64,000 nucleotides of DNA from Octopus bimaculoides. Lineage: Eukaryota. This document shows positions 35,431 through 49,030 of the stretch, in pieces. Location: positions 32,392,693-32,456,692 of the forward strand of contig NC_068999.1 of assembly GCF_001194135.2 (NCBI RefSeq), in the 5' to 3' direction. The notes beneath the pieces are model-generated. The model had not been told where the DNA came from, did no database searches, and saw only the letters and a program-made list of their open reading frames with translations. Position 1 is the first letter of the stretch. The number at the start of each line of letters is the position of its first letter. Made by a program: the position numbers and the translations under genes.

Positions 35431-35719
35431 AACTATTTGACTCCTACTTATGTTAAGATGATTCTCAAAATTGCCTTCCGTCCCACTACATGCATTTATT
35501 CTGTGTTGACATAATGTAGCAAATTGTTCCCCAAAAGAGCCATTGAGGATTAGCAGCCAAATGCACTATTGGCACCAATTACAGAAGATGCAAACAGCCA
35601 AAATGGTGTAACCTGCATATTGTATTAATACTACTAAGTATGGTAATAACCATACCACTTTACTGGAAGAAGACTGGGTGATGATATTCAATGTGAAGCT
35701 CTAAATTCACCAGTAGCAG

Positions 35720-36800
35720 TTAGTTGTGTGGTAAGAAGCTTGCTTTTCAACCACATGGTTCCAGGTTCAGTCCCACTGCATAGAACTTTTAGCAAGTTTC
35801 TTCTACTATAGCCATGGACTGACCATGATAGAATAAGTACCAGGCTTAATAAAAAATAAGACTAAGGCTGATTCGTTCAGCTAAAAGTTCTTCAAGGTGT
35901 GGTGCCCCAATGTCTTGACTGAAACAGATAAAAGACTGAAACAAATAAAAGAATATATATATAGTAACCTGCTTTACAAATCCATATCTATATGATTAAT
36001 AATGGATTGCATTAGCAGAACTGCCCTGCTTGTGCCATCTTTGTCGATAAATAGTGCAGCATTTGTATTTAATTGAAAATTGAAAGGTTGTGAAAGAATC
36101 ACCACTCTAAGTTCTGAATTTAGATTCATTTCCCATATTTGTCCTAAGATATTTTATATTGTGATTTCTAACTGGCAGAAAATCTTGATTATTTGCTATT
36201 CATCATTCCTGACCTTGCAGTTCTGACTTGACCTCTCTCAAAGGAAATAACAAAATATAAGTAAAATTTAATTTTGACCTGCTGCAATATGTCGGAGTTC
36301 CTTTCCACAATCTCTAACTATCATTCTGATGTGTGTTGAAAGTTACTTGACATCATGGGCCATTTGACCAGTTTATGTCATCTGGCATCCAAAACTGACT
36401 ATTTTTTTGTCTTTCCGTTTAACCTACTTGATAAGTAAGATGGATCAAACAATACTTGTTTCAGTCATCAGACTGTTCCCATGCCAGAGCACCACCTTGG
36501 GGAATTTTGATCAAACAAATCAACCTCAGGACTTAATTTTTTTAAAACCTGGTACTTATTCTATCCCTTTCTTTTGACAAACTGCCAAGTTATGGAGATT
36601 TAAACACACCAGCTTTAAGCAGTCGTGGGAACCCCCCTCCCCCAACATGCCGGGCCTCTTTCAGTTTTTGTCTACCAAATCCACTCAAGGCTGTGGTCAG
36701 CCCAAGGTTATAGTAGAAGACACTGAAGGTGCTACAGTGGGACTGAACCCGGAACTGTATGGTTGAGAAGGAAACTTCCTACCACACAGCCACACCTGCA
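35720..36800. mobile_element. SINE A copies (+ 35720-35950, internally deleted; - 36450-36800)
   Basis: Family A head, body and tail motifs. Confidence 0.75.
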
Positions 36801-36957
36801 TGGATCATACTTTTTTAAAAGATCTAATTTCTTTCTTTCAGTTTTTGTTCTTTGTCTCTCTGTCATGTTTACATTTATTATTGGTTTAAAAGCCATAACA
36901 TATGCATTCTTCTACATTCAGTCTTTCTCTCCTCCTCTCCCCTTTTTACTACATTAG

Positions 36958-37165
36958 CCCTTTAGCATTCAGATTGTTCTGTCAAATGTAATGCTTATTT
37001 TTAATTACTTATATATTATCTTGCTATCAGATTTCAATGATGTGGCTGTTTATATGTTTAGAATGACAAATCTTGGGTAGGTGTGAGAGGCCAAATCTGG
37101 CCAGTTTGAACATAAAAATAGGGAAAATATTTGGGCTGGATACGGCCGGTTTAAATGCTAACTGG
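36958..37165. mobile_element. piggyBac-like MITE, same family as 21385-21584, opposite orientation
   Basis: ttag|CCCTTTAGCATTCAGATT...gtttaaatgctaactgg|ttga; the ends are degenerate. Confidence 0.65.
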
Positions 37166-37264
37166 TTGAAGTGAGGAAGACATCGCTGTTAGTACCTTTG
37201 CTGCATTTGAACCCTGAATGTAAAGCACCAAAGCAGGATGTTTTTCTTTTGCTTTTTTTTGTCC

Positions 37265-38200
37265 TAATTTTTTTTTCATGTTCCGAGTTCAAATGCCAAA
37301 GTTATCTTAGCTTTTTGTCCCTCTGGAGTTGATAAAATGAAGTACCAGTTAAATGCTGGAGTCAGTGATGTTAACTAAACCCCTCCCTCAAATTTCAGTC
37401 CTTGTGCCTATGTCTGATATGTTTGTTACTGACAGAATTGTAACCGTTGGATAAAGTGCTCTGCAGCATTTCTTTCAACTCTTTACCCTCTGATTACAGA
37501 TCCTGCCGAGGCCAGCTTAGTCTTTTATCCTTTCAGGGTTAATAAAATAAAGTACCAGCCAAGCAATGGGGCTGATGTAATCATCTAAACCCCTTGTACC
37601 TAAATTGGAAACTATTGTTATAAGAATTGTAGATCACTAGAACATTAAGGAATGTGATCAATATTATATTCTGCTTGTCGCAATAAGTACAAATCCTCTT
37701 CAAGTGACCTGCCTTGATGTCAATTTACTCTGTTATACTTGCTGTTATACTTGTGACTGTTTTAGGCATTATTATTAGTATTAGTACTGCACCAGACAAA
37801 ATACTTAGTGACATTTCTTCTGTTTTTATCTTCTGACTTCAAATGAGATTGCGGTCTACTTTGCTTTCATCTTTTCAGGGTATTGGCGTTGATGTAATTG
37901 ACTACATCTCCTCTTACCAGATTTTAGGCCTTGTGTCCATAGTAGAGAAATTTATTAGCATTATTATTATTATAGTGGTGGTGAGCTGGCAGAGTCATTA
38001 GCATGCTGGGCAAAATGCTAAGCAGCATTTTTTTTCATCCTTACAGAGTTCAAATTTCACTGAGGTCGACTTTGCCTTTCATCCTTTGGGGTCGATAAAT
38101 TAAGTACCAGTGAATCACTGGGGTTAATCTAATCGATTAGTCCCTTCTCCCAAAATTTCAGGTCTTGCGCTTTTAGTGGAAAGGATTATTATTATTATTA
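37265..38200 (+). mobile_element. Chain of four SINE B copies
   Basis: Repeated gagttcaaat...ctttcatcc...agtaccag...(ATT)n units. Confidence 0.85.
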
Positions 38201-38299
38201 TTATTATTTTCATTGTTGTTGCTATTTTGTTTTATACAAGCTATTCTCGGTCTCACCCAGAGACCTCAAGAAACAGTAAGTTAGACTTCTTACTTTGGG

Positions 38300-39420
38300 T
38301 TTTATTTACTTTGGGAAAGGGTGATATGGAAGCTTAAGTATCCAGCAAAAAGTCATAAATTTAGAGAAGTACTAGTTGAAGAATTTGAAGAACAGGAGGA
38401 AGAAATTGAGATGTATAACAGAAGACTCTTGGAAGTTTCTGCAAGACAATCTATTGAGGGCTACAGACTAGATCTGTGGCTGGTGCAAAGTTCTAGTCAG
38501 ATTGAGAGTTATGTGATGGTGGAGCAGAAAGGTAGACAGAACTATAAAAGCAAAAATACAGGCCTGAAAAAAATTGGTAAAATGGGGGCAGTAGACAATT
38601 ATACCGGGTTGCTAGAAGAGAAGCTAGGAACAGGTTTATTTAGCTACAGGAGAATCAGAAAGTTAGTGGTTTGCCAATGGTCTACAGTGTCAGGACCAGA
38701 AATATGAGGTGTTCTCAATTACAAAGCAGAGTATCAAAAAAATCCAGACTTTGTGGAAGAGAAGCATGTACAGATGAATAATGGCACATTTGAACTTTCT
38801 TATTCTGAAAAGGAGGAGGTATGGAAGTGTTACCATGAAAGGCTATAACATACAGAAAATGCATGGGAAAAAGAGACTTAGCAGGCAGTAGTATGATAAT
38901 CAAAGTAATTAGGGAGATTAAGGCAAGTAAAGTTTCTGGTCACTTGGAATTACTGCTGAGATGCTTAAAATATTTGGCTGTGTAGTATATGACCTAGGTA
39001 CTCCTATAGTCAATCAGGCTGTACAAGAAATTGTCATACCCAATGACTAGTATAATAGCATCATAACCAAAGGTAGAGAAAGGTAATTACAGAGGTATCA
39101 AATTGCTGGACCAAGTTATAAAAATTACAAAAGGAATTATAGCTCAATTAATTTTGAAAAGAATTAGCATAAGTGAGATACAGTTTGGTTTTTTGCCAAG
39201 AAGTACTATTAATGTTCTCCTCTTTGATGAATCAACTATAAGAGAAGTATTTAGCCAAAAGTTATCCTCTGTACTTATCATTTGTTAACCTGGAGAAAGC
39301 TTTCATCAGTGTTCCCCCACTCCCCTAGCTGAGTAAGCAAGGAATAGATGAATGGTTTGTGAGAGCCATTCAGACAATATATAGTGGTATTATCAGAAAG
39401 GTGGTACATGGTAGTCTCAC
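38300..39420 (+). mobile_element. Old RTE LINE linker/RT N-terminal fragment
   Basis: Reads EKEEVWKCYHERL*HTENAW, KGNYRGIKLLDQVIKITKGIIAQLILKRISISEIQFGFLPRSTINVL and VNLEKAFISVP (RT domains 1-3), with stops and frameshifts. Confidence 0.85.
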
Positions 39421-39602
39421 ATGGTGTTATGTAAAAAGTGTCCAATACATTCTGCAAAATAGTTGGTGTTAGGATGGGCTTTCAGGCATAGAAACAATTC
39501 CAAAGCAGTCATTGAATTATGACAACCCGACAACTTGTCAGATCCTGTTGAACCATCCTACCACATCAGCTTGGAAGACAGATGTTCAGTGATTCTTATT
39601 AT

Positions 39603-40500
39603 TAAGGCAGCAAGCTGGCAGAATCATTGGCATGCTGGACAAAATGCTTAGTAGAATTTCATCCATCATTACATTCTGAGTTCAAATTATGCTAAGGTTG
39701 ACTTTGCCTGTCATCCTTTTGGGGTTGATGAAATAAGTACCAGTTGAACACTGGAGTCAAGGTAATTGACTTTCACCCTTGCACCAAACTTCAGGTCTTG
39801 TGCCTATTGTAGAAAGGATTATTACTAATATTGGCTGTGAGCTGGCAGAATCATTAATGAGTCAGACAATATGTGGAGTGATATTTCTTCCAGCTCATTG
39901 CAATCTGAAATCAAATCCTGCTGAGGTTGACTTTATCTTTTTGGGGTTGATAAAAAAAAAAAAAGGACTAGCTAAGGATAACCAATTTGACTGCCACCCC
40001 CGCCCCTATAATTGCCAGCCTTGTCCCAGATTTGAAACCAAAGTGGCAAGTTGGCAGAATCATTAGCATTCCAGACAACATGCTTAGCAGCATTTCTTCT
40101 GGCTTTATGTTCTAATTTCAAGTCCCTGTGACATCAACTTTGCCTTTCATCTTTTGAGAATGATAAAATAAGTCTCGGAGTTGATGTAATCAACTAGCCT
40201 CTTCCCACTCAACTTCAGGCCTTGTGCCTATACTATAAAGGATTATTATTATTATTATTATTATTATCATTATTAAGGCAGTGAGCTGGCAGAATCATCA
40301 GCATGCCAAGCAAAATGCTTAGTGGTATTTTGTCTGTCTTTACATTCTGAGTTCAAATGTCACTGAGGTTGACTTTGCCTTTTATCCTTTTGGGGTCAAT
40401 AAAATTAGTACCAGTTGAGCATTGGGGTCAATGTAATTGACTTATCCTCTCCCCCAAATTTCAGGCCTTGTGCCTATAGTAGAAAAGATTATTATTAAAT
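39603..40500 (+). mobile_element. Chain of four head-to-tail SINE B copies
   Basis: Heads agctggcagaatcatt (or a close variant) at about 39613, 39840, 40051 and 40284, each following an (ATT)n tail or tail remnant. Confidence 0.9.
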
Positions 40501-41569
40501 TACTCTTTCCTTTAAGCTATGGTTTTATTTACCTGNNNNNNNNNNNNNNNNNNNNNNNNNNNNNNNNNNNNNNNNNNNNNNNNNNNNNNNNNNNNNNNNN
40601 NNNNNNNNNNNNNNNNNNNNNNNNNNNNNNNNNNNNNNNNNNNNNNNNNNNNNNNNNNNNNNNNNNNNNNNNNNNNNNNNNNNNNNNNNNNNNNNNNNNN
40701 NNNNNNNNNNNNNNNNNNNNNNNNNNNNNNNNNNNNNNNNNNNNNNNNNNNNNNNNNNNNNNNNNNNNNNNNNNNNNNNNNNNNNNNNNNNNNNNNNNNN
40801 NNNNNNNNNNNNNNNNTTATTTCAACATCTTGTACAACATGAAGTATTAATAAATAACAATAACAACAACTACAACAACAGCAATAAGAGACAATGGGGG
40901 GGGGGGAACAAGAGCAAAGTGTAATGGTTGGAGTTTTTCGTATTTCTATTGATTTTTGTCTCATGAATTGTTTAGTGTGAACAGTCACTTGTATGGCAAT
41001 AGTCCTGGCAGTAAGTGCTAAAACATTGCAGCATGTAAATTGTTCCATCTGAACACAATGCTGTGTATCTTGCTTCTTCATTCTTTTTTGTGTCTGTCTG
41101 TCTCTCATTCATTTCACTGCTCATTATACTCGTTACTATCTAACCCACGATTTTCATTCTTGATTAATATAGAACCTACCAATATATGGTATGATGTGAT
41201 GTATTGATCTTTACATGTGTTTTTGTGTGTCTGATCATCCTTATTTATTTTTTTCTCGTTATTATTTTTATTTTACAAGTCAAAAGAAGCATTTTGGGAA
41301 TGAATGCGGAAGATCAAAGAACAAACAACACTAGCTTATGTATGATGTTGCTATGAATTATTCAATATTTCTGTATTGAAGAATCCCTTCATTTTACTCC
41401 ATACATGAAGCCATTTACTGAGGTATATTAAAAAGTGGTGATGGTGGGGATTAATTCTGTAGTAGAATGTTACATCTTCTTTATTGACCTCTACATAAGT
41501 ACACTCACCATTTTCACTTCAGTCTATTACATCTGCTTTTCATATATTTAGGTTATTTTACATATTATT

Positions 41570-42030
41570 TAAGAAAACAAAAATCCTTTCTACTATAGGC
41601 ACAAGGCCTGAAATTTGGAGGAAGGGGGCTAGTCAATCACATCGTTCCCAGTGTGTTACTGGTTCTTATTTCATCAACCCCAAAAGGATGAAAAGCAAAG
41701 TTGACCTTGGCAGAATTTGAACTCAGAACATAAAGATGGATGAAATGCTGCTAAGCATTTTGCCCTGCACACTAATGATTTTGTCAGCTCGCCACCTTAT
41801 ATAATTATAATAATTATAATGGTAATAATAATAGTTTCAAATTTTTTCACAAGTCAGCAATTTTGGGGGGAGGGAATGAATTGATTACATTGACCACAGT
41901 GTTTAACTGGTACTTATTTTATCGACCCCTGAAAGAATGAAAGGTAAAGTTGACCTCAGCGGAATTTGAAAGGCAAAATACCGCTAAGCATTTCATCCAG
42001 CGTGTTAACAATCCTGCCAGCTCGCTGCCT
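41570..42030 (-). mobile_element. Two SINE B copies in reverse orientation
   Basis: Contain aggcacaaggcctgaaattt...aaagttgacctt...gaatttgaactcagaac...cagctcgcc. Confidence 0.85.
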
Positions 42031-42059
42031 TACAATAATAATAATGGTAATAATGATAA

Positions 42060-43210
42060 TAATTTTTGTCAAATTTTGGTATAGGGCCAGCAGTTTTAAG
42101 GGGACGAGTGTGGTTAGTGGTATAATGGACAATATGCTGAACAAAACATTTTGCAGTAACCTAGTTATGTCCTTGATTTTGGGTTCAAATCCTACCAAGG
42201 TTGATTTTCCTTTTCTGTTTTCCCATGGTTGATAAATAAAGCACTATTTATATTGACACTATGAAAATTTGTGGTCCTGTGCTTTTGCTTCCCAGCCACA
42301 TGCTTCTGGGTTCAGTCCCACTGCATGGCACCTCGGGCAAGGGTTGGTATACTTTTGTCTCCTTGCCTTGACATTGTGTGATAGTTGTAGATGAATGTCA
42401 GTTATACTAGCGGTGTCATTCATTTCTAATATTCTGTAAAAATATACCTGGTCATGGAGAACAAAAGAGAAATCTAGTGATATGATGATGATTATGCTAT
42501 TATTATTATTATTGAGTTCAAATCCCACCAAAGTCAACATAGCCTTTCATCTCTTTGGGGTTGATGGGTTTCAACTAATCCCTTCCCCTCAAAATTACTG
42601 GCATTGTGCCTAAATCAAAAATTATTATTAAGGCAGTAAGCTGGCAAATCGTTAGCATGCCGTGCAAAATGCTAAGTCGCATTTTCTCCATCTTAACGTT
42701 AAGATTTCAAATTCTGCTGAGGTGGACTTTGGCCTTTCATCCTTTCAGGGTTGATAAATTATCAGTTATGCACTGGAGTCAATGTAATTGACTAGTTTCC
42801 TCCCCCAAAATTTCAGGCTTTGTGCCTTTAGACAAAAAGATTATTATTATTACTTTCAAGGCAGTGAGCTGCCAGAATTGTTAGCACAACAGGCAAAATG
42901 CTTAGCAGCATTTCATCCATCTTCACGTTCTGGGTTCAAATTCTACCCAGGTCGACTTTGTCTTTCATCCTTTTGAGGTTGATAAAATAAGTACCAGTTG
43001 AGTACTGGGGTCGATGTAATCAACGTGGCCCCTCCCCCAACACTGCTGGTCTTGTGCCAAAATTTGAAACCATTATTATTATTAATAATTTCTATGACTT
43101 AGGTAGATGACAAAATCATTAGACATTTTTTGCAACATTTACTTATGCCCCTTTGTATTCTGAGTTCAAATGCTGTTTGTGTTATCGTTGGAACTGATAA
43201 AATAGGTACC
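42060..43210 (+). mobile_element. SINE B chain (full and partial copies) with a SINE A-headed fragment at 42285-42460
   Basis: Family motifs as above. Confidence 0.8.
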
Positions 43211-44159
43211 AAAATGATACTAGATATTGACGGGATTGTCTTTATCCTACAGATTGTAGAGCCCTATTTGATTCTACCTGTTACCTGTCCTTGGGTTGTA
43301 GACTTAATCTATTGCTTGGCTGCAAGAGACTGAGTTTTCAGTCTGTTTGTAACATCTCTTTTGTTTTTTTTTTTACCTGTCTCAAAGACTGCAAAAATAT
43401 CATGGCCATTGTGAAAAAAGCAAAAAAGGCTACCAGTGGCCATTGTAGAAGGTCGTGGTCATAGTATGATGGCCATGACAGCTGTAAAAGATTGACCTCT
43501 TATAAAAGGTCATGGCTACTGCTTTTTATCTGTTGACTACACCATAGAAGAAAAATTTGGTTTTGTCTCCAAGTAAGATTTTAATTAAGAAATTCAGTTC
43601 TATACTTTTTATGTCATGGTAAATCTAATTGTAGTCATTTCATTTATTTACATGTGTCAAATTATTTGGCTTTTGTTGAACAATTCTGTGGTGGTGGTGG
43701 TGGTGGGGCTCACTTTATATGTATTATTAAATGGAATACATTGAAATAAATTTTAGTTTCTGTGAAGGAATCTCATAGCTGTCCCCCCTCCCAAACTGAC
43801 TATTATATAATTATTTTGTCCTGGTTTATAGTCTTGTAGTGTCAGTGCCTTGGTATTATATACAAATTGGTACCTAATTACTGCAGTGATCTTGAAAAAT
43901 TTCTAAAGTAGACATACAGGTATAGTTTCTTAGTAAAACAGCCCCCTCCCACAAAATAAGATACTATGAAACCTGTGTGAACAAGTAGTTTTATTTAGTT
44001 ATTGCTTTTATTCACCATTACGACTGCTGTTTACTCAGCTATGAAGAAACAGGCTAGCAAGAAATATTCTCTATATTTACAGTAGAGTTGTCCTAAGGCC
44101 TGAACTCTTGATCTTGGGGGATTGGGACCTCCTTGACATTTCAACATAAGTTATAAATG

Positions 44160-44645
44160 AAAAGGAAGCCCCTGTGTGGTTGTTCAATTTGCTAGGATTA
44201 GCAGTCAAATTCTACCCTACTGTCTTAAAAAACCTAAGACTTTTGGTAATGTAGTTTGGAGTACATAATGCATAGGTAAGAGAAAATCAACAAAAGAGAT
44301 GTTCATTGCTGGAATACCTTTTGATCATAGGTCTGCTCTAACTTTTGCACTAACTAGCCATAATTACCACACAATTCTAATTTATTGAAATATTAATTAG
44401 TATATTAATATCTAAAGTCATTTTATTAGAATTAGTTTCATTTGATCAAATAACCAACATCTGCACTAAAGTCTTTGTTCTTGTTCCTCAGTAAGAAACT
44501 AATTTATAACAGCTTAATCTTTGTCTTAAAAACAAGGAAGATAATGGATTACATGGTCCTGTAAACAAAAGGTGATGATTACAACTGAAATGCCTTTAAT
44601 CATGCTCCTTTGCAATTAGGACTGACCAGAGCTAAACAACAACTT
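44160..44645 (+). mobile_element. Two SINE-like family D copies
   Basis: Motifs gctaggattagcagtcaaatt...ctactgtcttaaaaaa...ctggaataccttttgatcataggtc and ...ctgaccagagctaaacaacaac. Confidence 0.55.
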
Positions 44646-45277
44646 TGAATTCCTAAGTAGATGTAGCTGTAGGAGAGTTTGAATTAAATCTCTGTTAACT
44701 GTACTAAACCAGTGCCATAACTATTTTTATTGTTAAACATTTGGTAAAAGCTTAACATTTGTTGGAACACACCTCCCTTATGATTCTCTCACAATTACTA
44801 TTTAAATCATTATGAAGTATTTTTCTGCCTTTTTTAAAATTTTCTTATTTTAACTAAAATTTCCCCAAAGCTGCTTCCAGCAAGTTGCCCTTTCTTGGAA
44901 ATCGGTATGAAGGCATCCATTAATTTTTAAAATTTAATTTATCTAAAGTTCATAAATGGATTCATACTTTGTTCTTTCTATTGTTTCTACTTTCTGTTTT
45001 ATTATTTAATTTAATTTATATTTTTATTTTTTTACTTTTCCAATGGAGTAACATTTGATTTTTGGCAGTTAATTGAAACTTTACTGTTGAATTCTTCATC
45101 ACCAGATTTCTCTTGGTGCTGCATAGTGCTGCATATTAACATCAGTGCCAATTAATGCCTTCTCTCACAACTCATTTCTATCATTAGATCCTGTCTACAG
45201 TAATTTGGCTTTTTGGAAAAATTTGTATGATTGACATGGAAAAATGTATTATTATTATTGTTGTTACATCATCATCA

Positions 45278-46810
45278 TGGTGGTGAGCTAGTAGAATTGT
45301 TAACATGTTGGACAAAATGCTTAGCAACATTTCAATCTATACTGAGATTAACTTTGCCTTTCAATCCTTTTGGGGTCATCATCTTCCTTTTCCAACATAG
45401 ATTTTCCATGCTGACATGGGTTGGATGGTTTCACAGGAGCTGGTTAGCTGGAGAACTGCCCAGGCTCCAGTTGTTTTGGCAAGGTTTCTATGGCTGGATG
45501 CTCTTCCTAATGCCAGCCACTTTATGGGGTGTACTGGATGTTTTTTTGCATGGCACTGGGGTTGATGTAATCGACTTACTTCTTTTCTCTAAATTTGCTG
45601 GCCTTGTGCCAAAATTTGAAACCAATACCACCACCACCACCACCACCACCACCATCATCATCATCATTATCATTATCATCATCATCATCATCATTTATTA
45701 TTATAAATGAGTTCAAATGCCACTAGGGTTGACTTTGCCTTTCATTCTTTCAGGGTGGATAAAATAAGTACCATTTGAACTCTGGAGTTGATGTAATCAA
45801 CTTAACCCTTCCCTAAAATTGCTAACTTTGTGCCATTATTATTATTATTATAAGCTCAAATCTTGCTGAGGTTAATTTTGCTTTTCATTCTTTTGAGATT
45901 GCTGAAATAAAATACCAGTCAAGTACTGGGGTTGATGTAATCAACTAACATCCACCAACCAAAATTTTGGGCCGTGTGTTTGTAATAGAAAGGATTATTA
46001 TTATTACAGTGAGCTGGCAGAATCATTAACACACTGGATAAAATGCTTAGTGGCATTTCATCTGTCTTTACATTCTGAGTTCAGATTCTGCTGAGGTTGA
46101 CTTTGCCTTTCATCCTTTAAGGGTCGATGAAATAAGGACCAGTTGAGCACAGGGTTGATGTAATCTTCTAGCCACCTTCCTCTAAAATTTCAGGCCTTGT
46201 GCCTATAGTAGAAAAGATTATTAATATTACAGTGAGCTAGCGAAATTGTTAGCGTACTATATAAAATGCTTAGTGGCATTTCATCTATCTTTTTGTTCTG
46301 AGTTCAAATTCCACTGAGGTCGACTTTGTTTCATCCTTTTGGGGTTGATAAATTAAGTACCAGTGAAACACCGGGGTCGATGTAATCGTCTACTCCCCTC
46401 CCTCCAAAATTTCAAGCCTTCTGGCTTTAGTAGAAAGGATTATTATTATTTTAAGGTGGTAAATTGGCATTGTTAGTGTCTGAAAAAAATGCATTGTGGT
46501 ATCTTGCTATGGTTCATTATTCTCTGAGCTCAAATCCAAGGTCAACTTTGCTTTTATCTTGAAATGCAGTACCAAAGAAATATAATACCAGGCAAATGTA
46601 GAGAATTTAATCAACTTACTACTCCTTCAAATTTGTGGCATTTTTTCCTGTGTAAAAAATTATTATGCTCTGGGGTATTTAGCAACACCTTTTTTTTTAC
46701 ATGGTCAGCTTTATTTTTCATCCTTCCAGGGTTGATAAAATAGATATTGTCAAATACCAGCGAGTGGGTGGTATTATAATTTATTACTTATTTGTGGCCT
46801 TGTGTTTTGA
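45278..46810 (+). mobile_element. Chain of about seven SINE B copies, the first interrupted by an inverted RTE 3' fragment (45378-45556)
   Basis: Head-to-tail units separated by (ATT)n, (CAC)n or (CAT)n. Confidence 0.85.
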
Positions 46811-48173
46811 TGGCAAATCAATGTTATTTTTAGAGAATTCTCATGCTAATATGAGTTGGGTGGCCACTTTCACACTGAAATGAACTGAGAGGAAGCTACC
46901 CCTGTAAAGTCAAGCAGTTGTGGAGAATGTATACATCGTTTTTATCTGACCATCATGCCTTGCTCCCAGTTTTCATCTGACCACATTCAAGCATCTATTC
47001 TTTTTCTTATTTTAGGAAGGATGCATTCCACTGATCAAGAAGTCAATTTTCTGCCAACACATTCTGAATGGAAGGAAGGCTCAATATGGCATGGCTGATG
47101 ATATGTAGATATGTGTTTGGTTCATGTATCTGCAGAGATTCTTGGATAATGAGCAACTGTCATTACTGTTGGTCAGTCATTCCTCCCCACAGGTCATCTC
47201 TTGTCCTGGATCAAGTGAAAACCTTGGTGTGGCATTTGCAATGTTGACAGGTAGTCAAGTCCCACTGCTGGTATACACCAATCCTTGCATTCTGTTAAGC
47301 ACGCAGATGGTCTTGGACCAACTTTAGGTGCTGACAAAGATCGACTGACTAGTTTATTATGGAAGACTTCCAACCTGGAGAATATGAACAATTTCAAGAA
47401 TCTCTAGCTTGGCTATGCTACCAGGTGGTTATTGCTGGTTTAGGATATACACTACTGAGATGGAAGTGCTGGCCTGCCTGCTTGAGATGTGTTAAGAGTG
47501 ACCATTCTGAACATTACTGATTTGTGGGTCACGTTGAGTAATTGTTGTCTTTTGTGCTAAGATCTGGTTATTTGTCATCAGAATTCATTGTAAAATGCAT
47601 TTTGCCACCTTCCTTTGATCAGGAAGGGCAGGAAGTTTTTCTGATTTATTGCTATTGTAAAACAGGTGAACAAGAATAAAAAAAATTAAGGGTGGGCGCT
47701 TTCCTCTTCAGTCAACTTCCACTGAGAGAGAGAAAAGAGGGTGAAAATGAAGAAGGAGATATTGTGTGCCAATAAATATTCCAGCATGGAAAACAATTGT
47801 TAAATGATGATGATGAAGAGTGACAAGAATGGGTCTACTCCTTCTATGCACCAGCAGTTGGAAGAGGGTATTAGGCCTTAACATTAAAGAGATCTTGGAT
47901 CTATAGAATTCTCTGGGACATTTCATTTCCTTCTATATTGTATTTCATGCCTGTTTTTCTCATACTGGATTTTATGCTATTTTATCACCATTTTTTGTAA
48001 TGTCCTAGTAATGTCTCCTTCTCATCATCATTCTGCTAGGGTTGACTTTGCCTTTCACTCCTTTCTGGGTCAATAAAATAAGTACCAGTTAAACACTGGG
48101 GTCGATGTAATCAACTCCCCCCACCTTCCCTGAATTTTCTGCCCTTGAGCCAAAATTTTAAATCATTATCATT

Positions 48174-49030
48174 ATTACCTCTGCCTTAGTGAAGGTGGGG
48201 GTATTGTTTTCAGTCGTGTTTGTTTGTCTATTTGTGGACAAGATATCTCAAGAATCGCTGGATGGATTTGGATGAAACTTTCAGGGATGTTTGGCCTCAT
48301 GACTGGCACAAACTAATTAGATTTTGGGATCGACCCGGTACTGGACAAGGATCCTGGATTATTTGTTATATTTACTTTACATGATTACAACCTTACATTG
48401 ACTTTCAAGTCTTTCTCAGTCATCTCTCTTTAGGCTGTTTCCAAAGTTTTATTTTCATTTCTCTATTATTAATTTTACTCGTGTCTCTATCTTAGTAGAA
48501 ACTAATGGATAAAGAAATCAAACCACATAAACAAATGGCAGCAAGACTGTTCAGAAATTAAATAACACTAGCATATTTTTATATATATATTATGCATACA
48601 TATTAACACTTTACAGTATACTTACATATATACATACATCTATACATTGATCTAAAACAACAGGAATACTAAAGGAAGGCTGGAATTTAAGAGAAAACCA
48701 AAAGGTCTCATGCTATTCAGTTAAAAATTCCTGACTGGAACTTATTATTAACTCCGCCTTTGAAACTAGTTTGAAAAGTGAATTTGTTAACTTTGGCTTG
48801 TATTAGATAAAGATAAACTATTTATTACTGTTACTAAATTATCTACAGCCACCTTCACATTCCATGACTACCATTGGGATCGATCAGGTACCGGACAAGG
48901 ATTCTGAATTATTTTGCTGGTTTTTTAACTAAATTTTTGAGACCAGTCGGATTCATTTGTTGTATTCTTGTTTGTGAGAACAGTGAAGTTTAATTCAGAT
49001 ATTCTCATTTTAAAAATCATCTCTGGCTTA
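48174..49030. mobile_element. Helentron/DINE-like non-autonomous element with duplicated core
   Basis: Starts attacctctgcc...gggggtattgttttc...gtttgtttgtc...gatggatttggatgaaactt, a hairpin-plus-microsatellite-plus-core layout typical of HINEs. A 41-bp repeat lies at 48324-48364 and 48874-48914. Confidence 0.45.

Noticed and set aside
36455-36480. Minus-strand CTGATGACTGAAAC
   Set aside because: It is a variant of the SINE A 3' end (gtcaaatgactgaaac) with no room for stem II.
44877-44910. Possible 24-nt micro-exon ttccag|CAAGTTGCCCTTTCTTGGAAATCG|gtatga
   Set aside because: The splice-like signals have no homology or other support, and chance occurrence in a 50-kb intron is likely.
46930-47520. 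Non-SINE stretch with moderate GC and 67-aa ORFs on both strands
   Set aside because: I recognised no motif in any frame. It is probably an old LINE fragment, but I cannot support a call.
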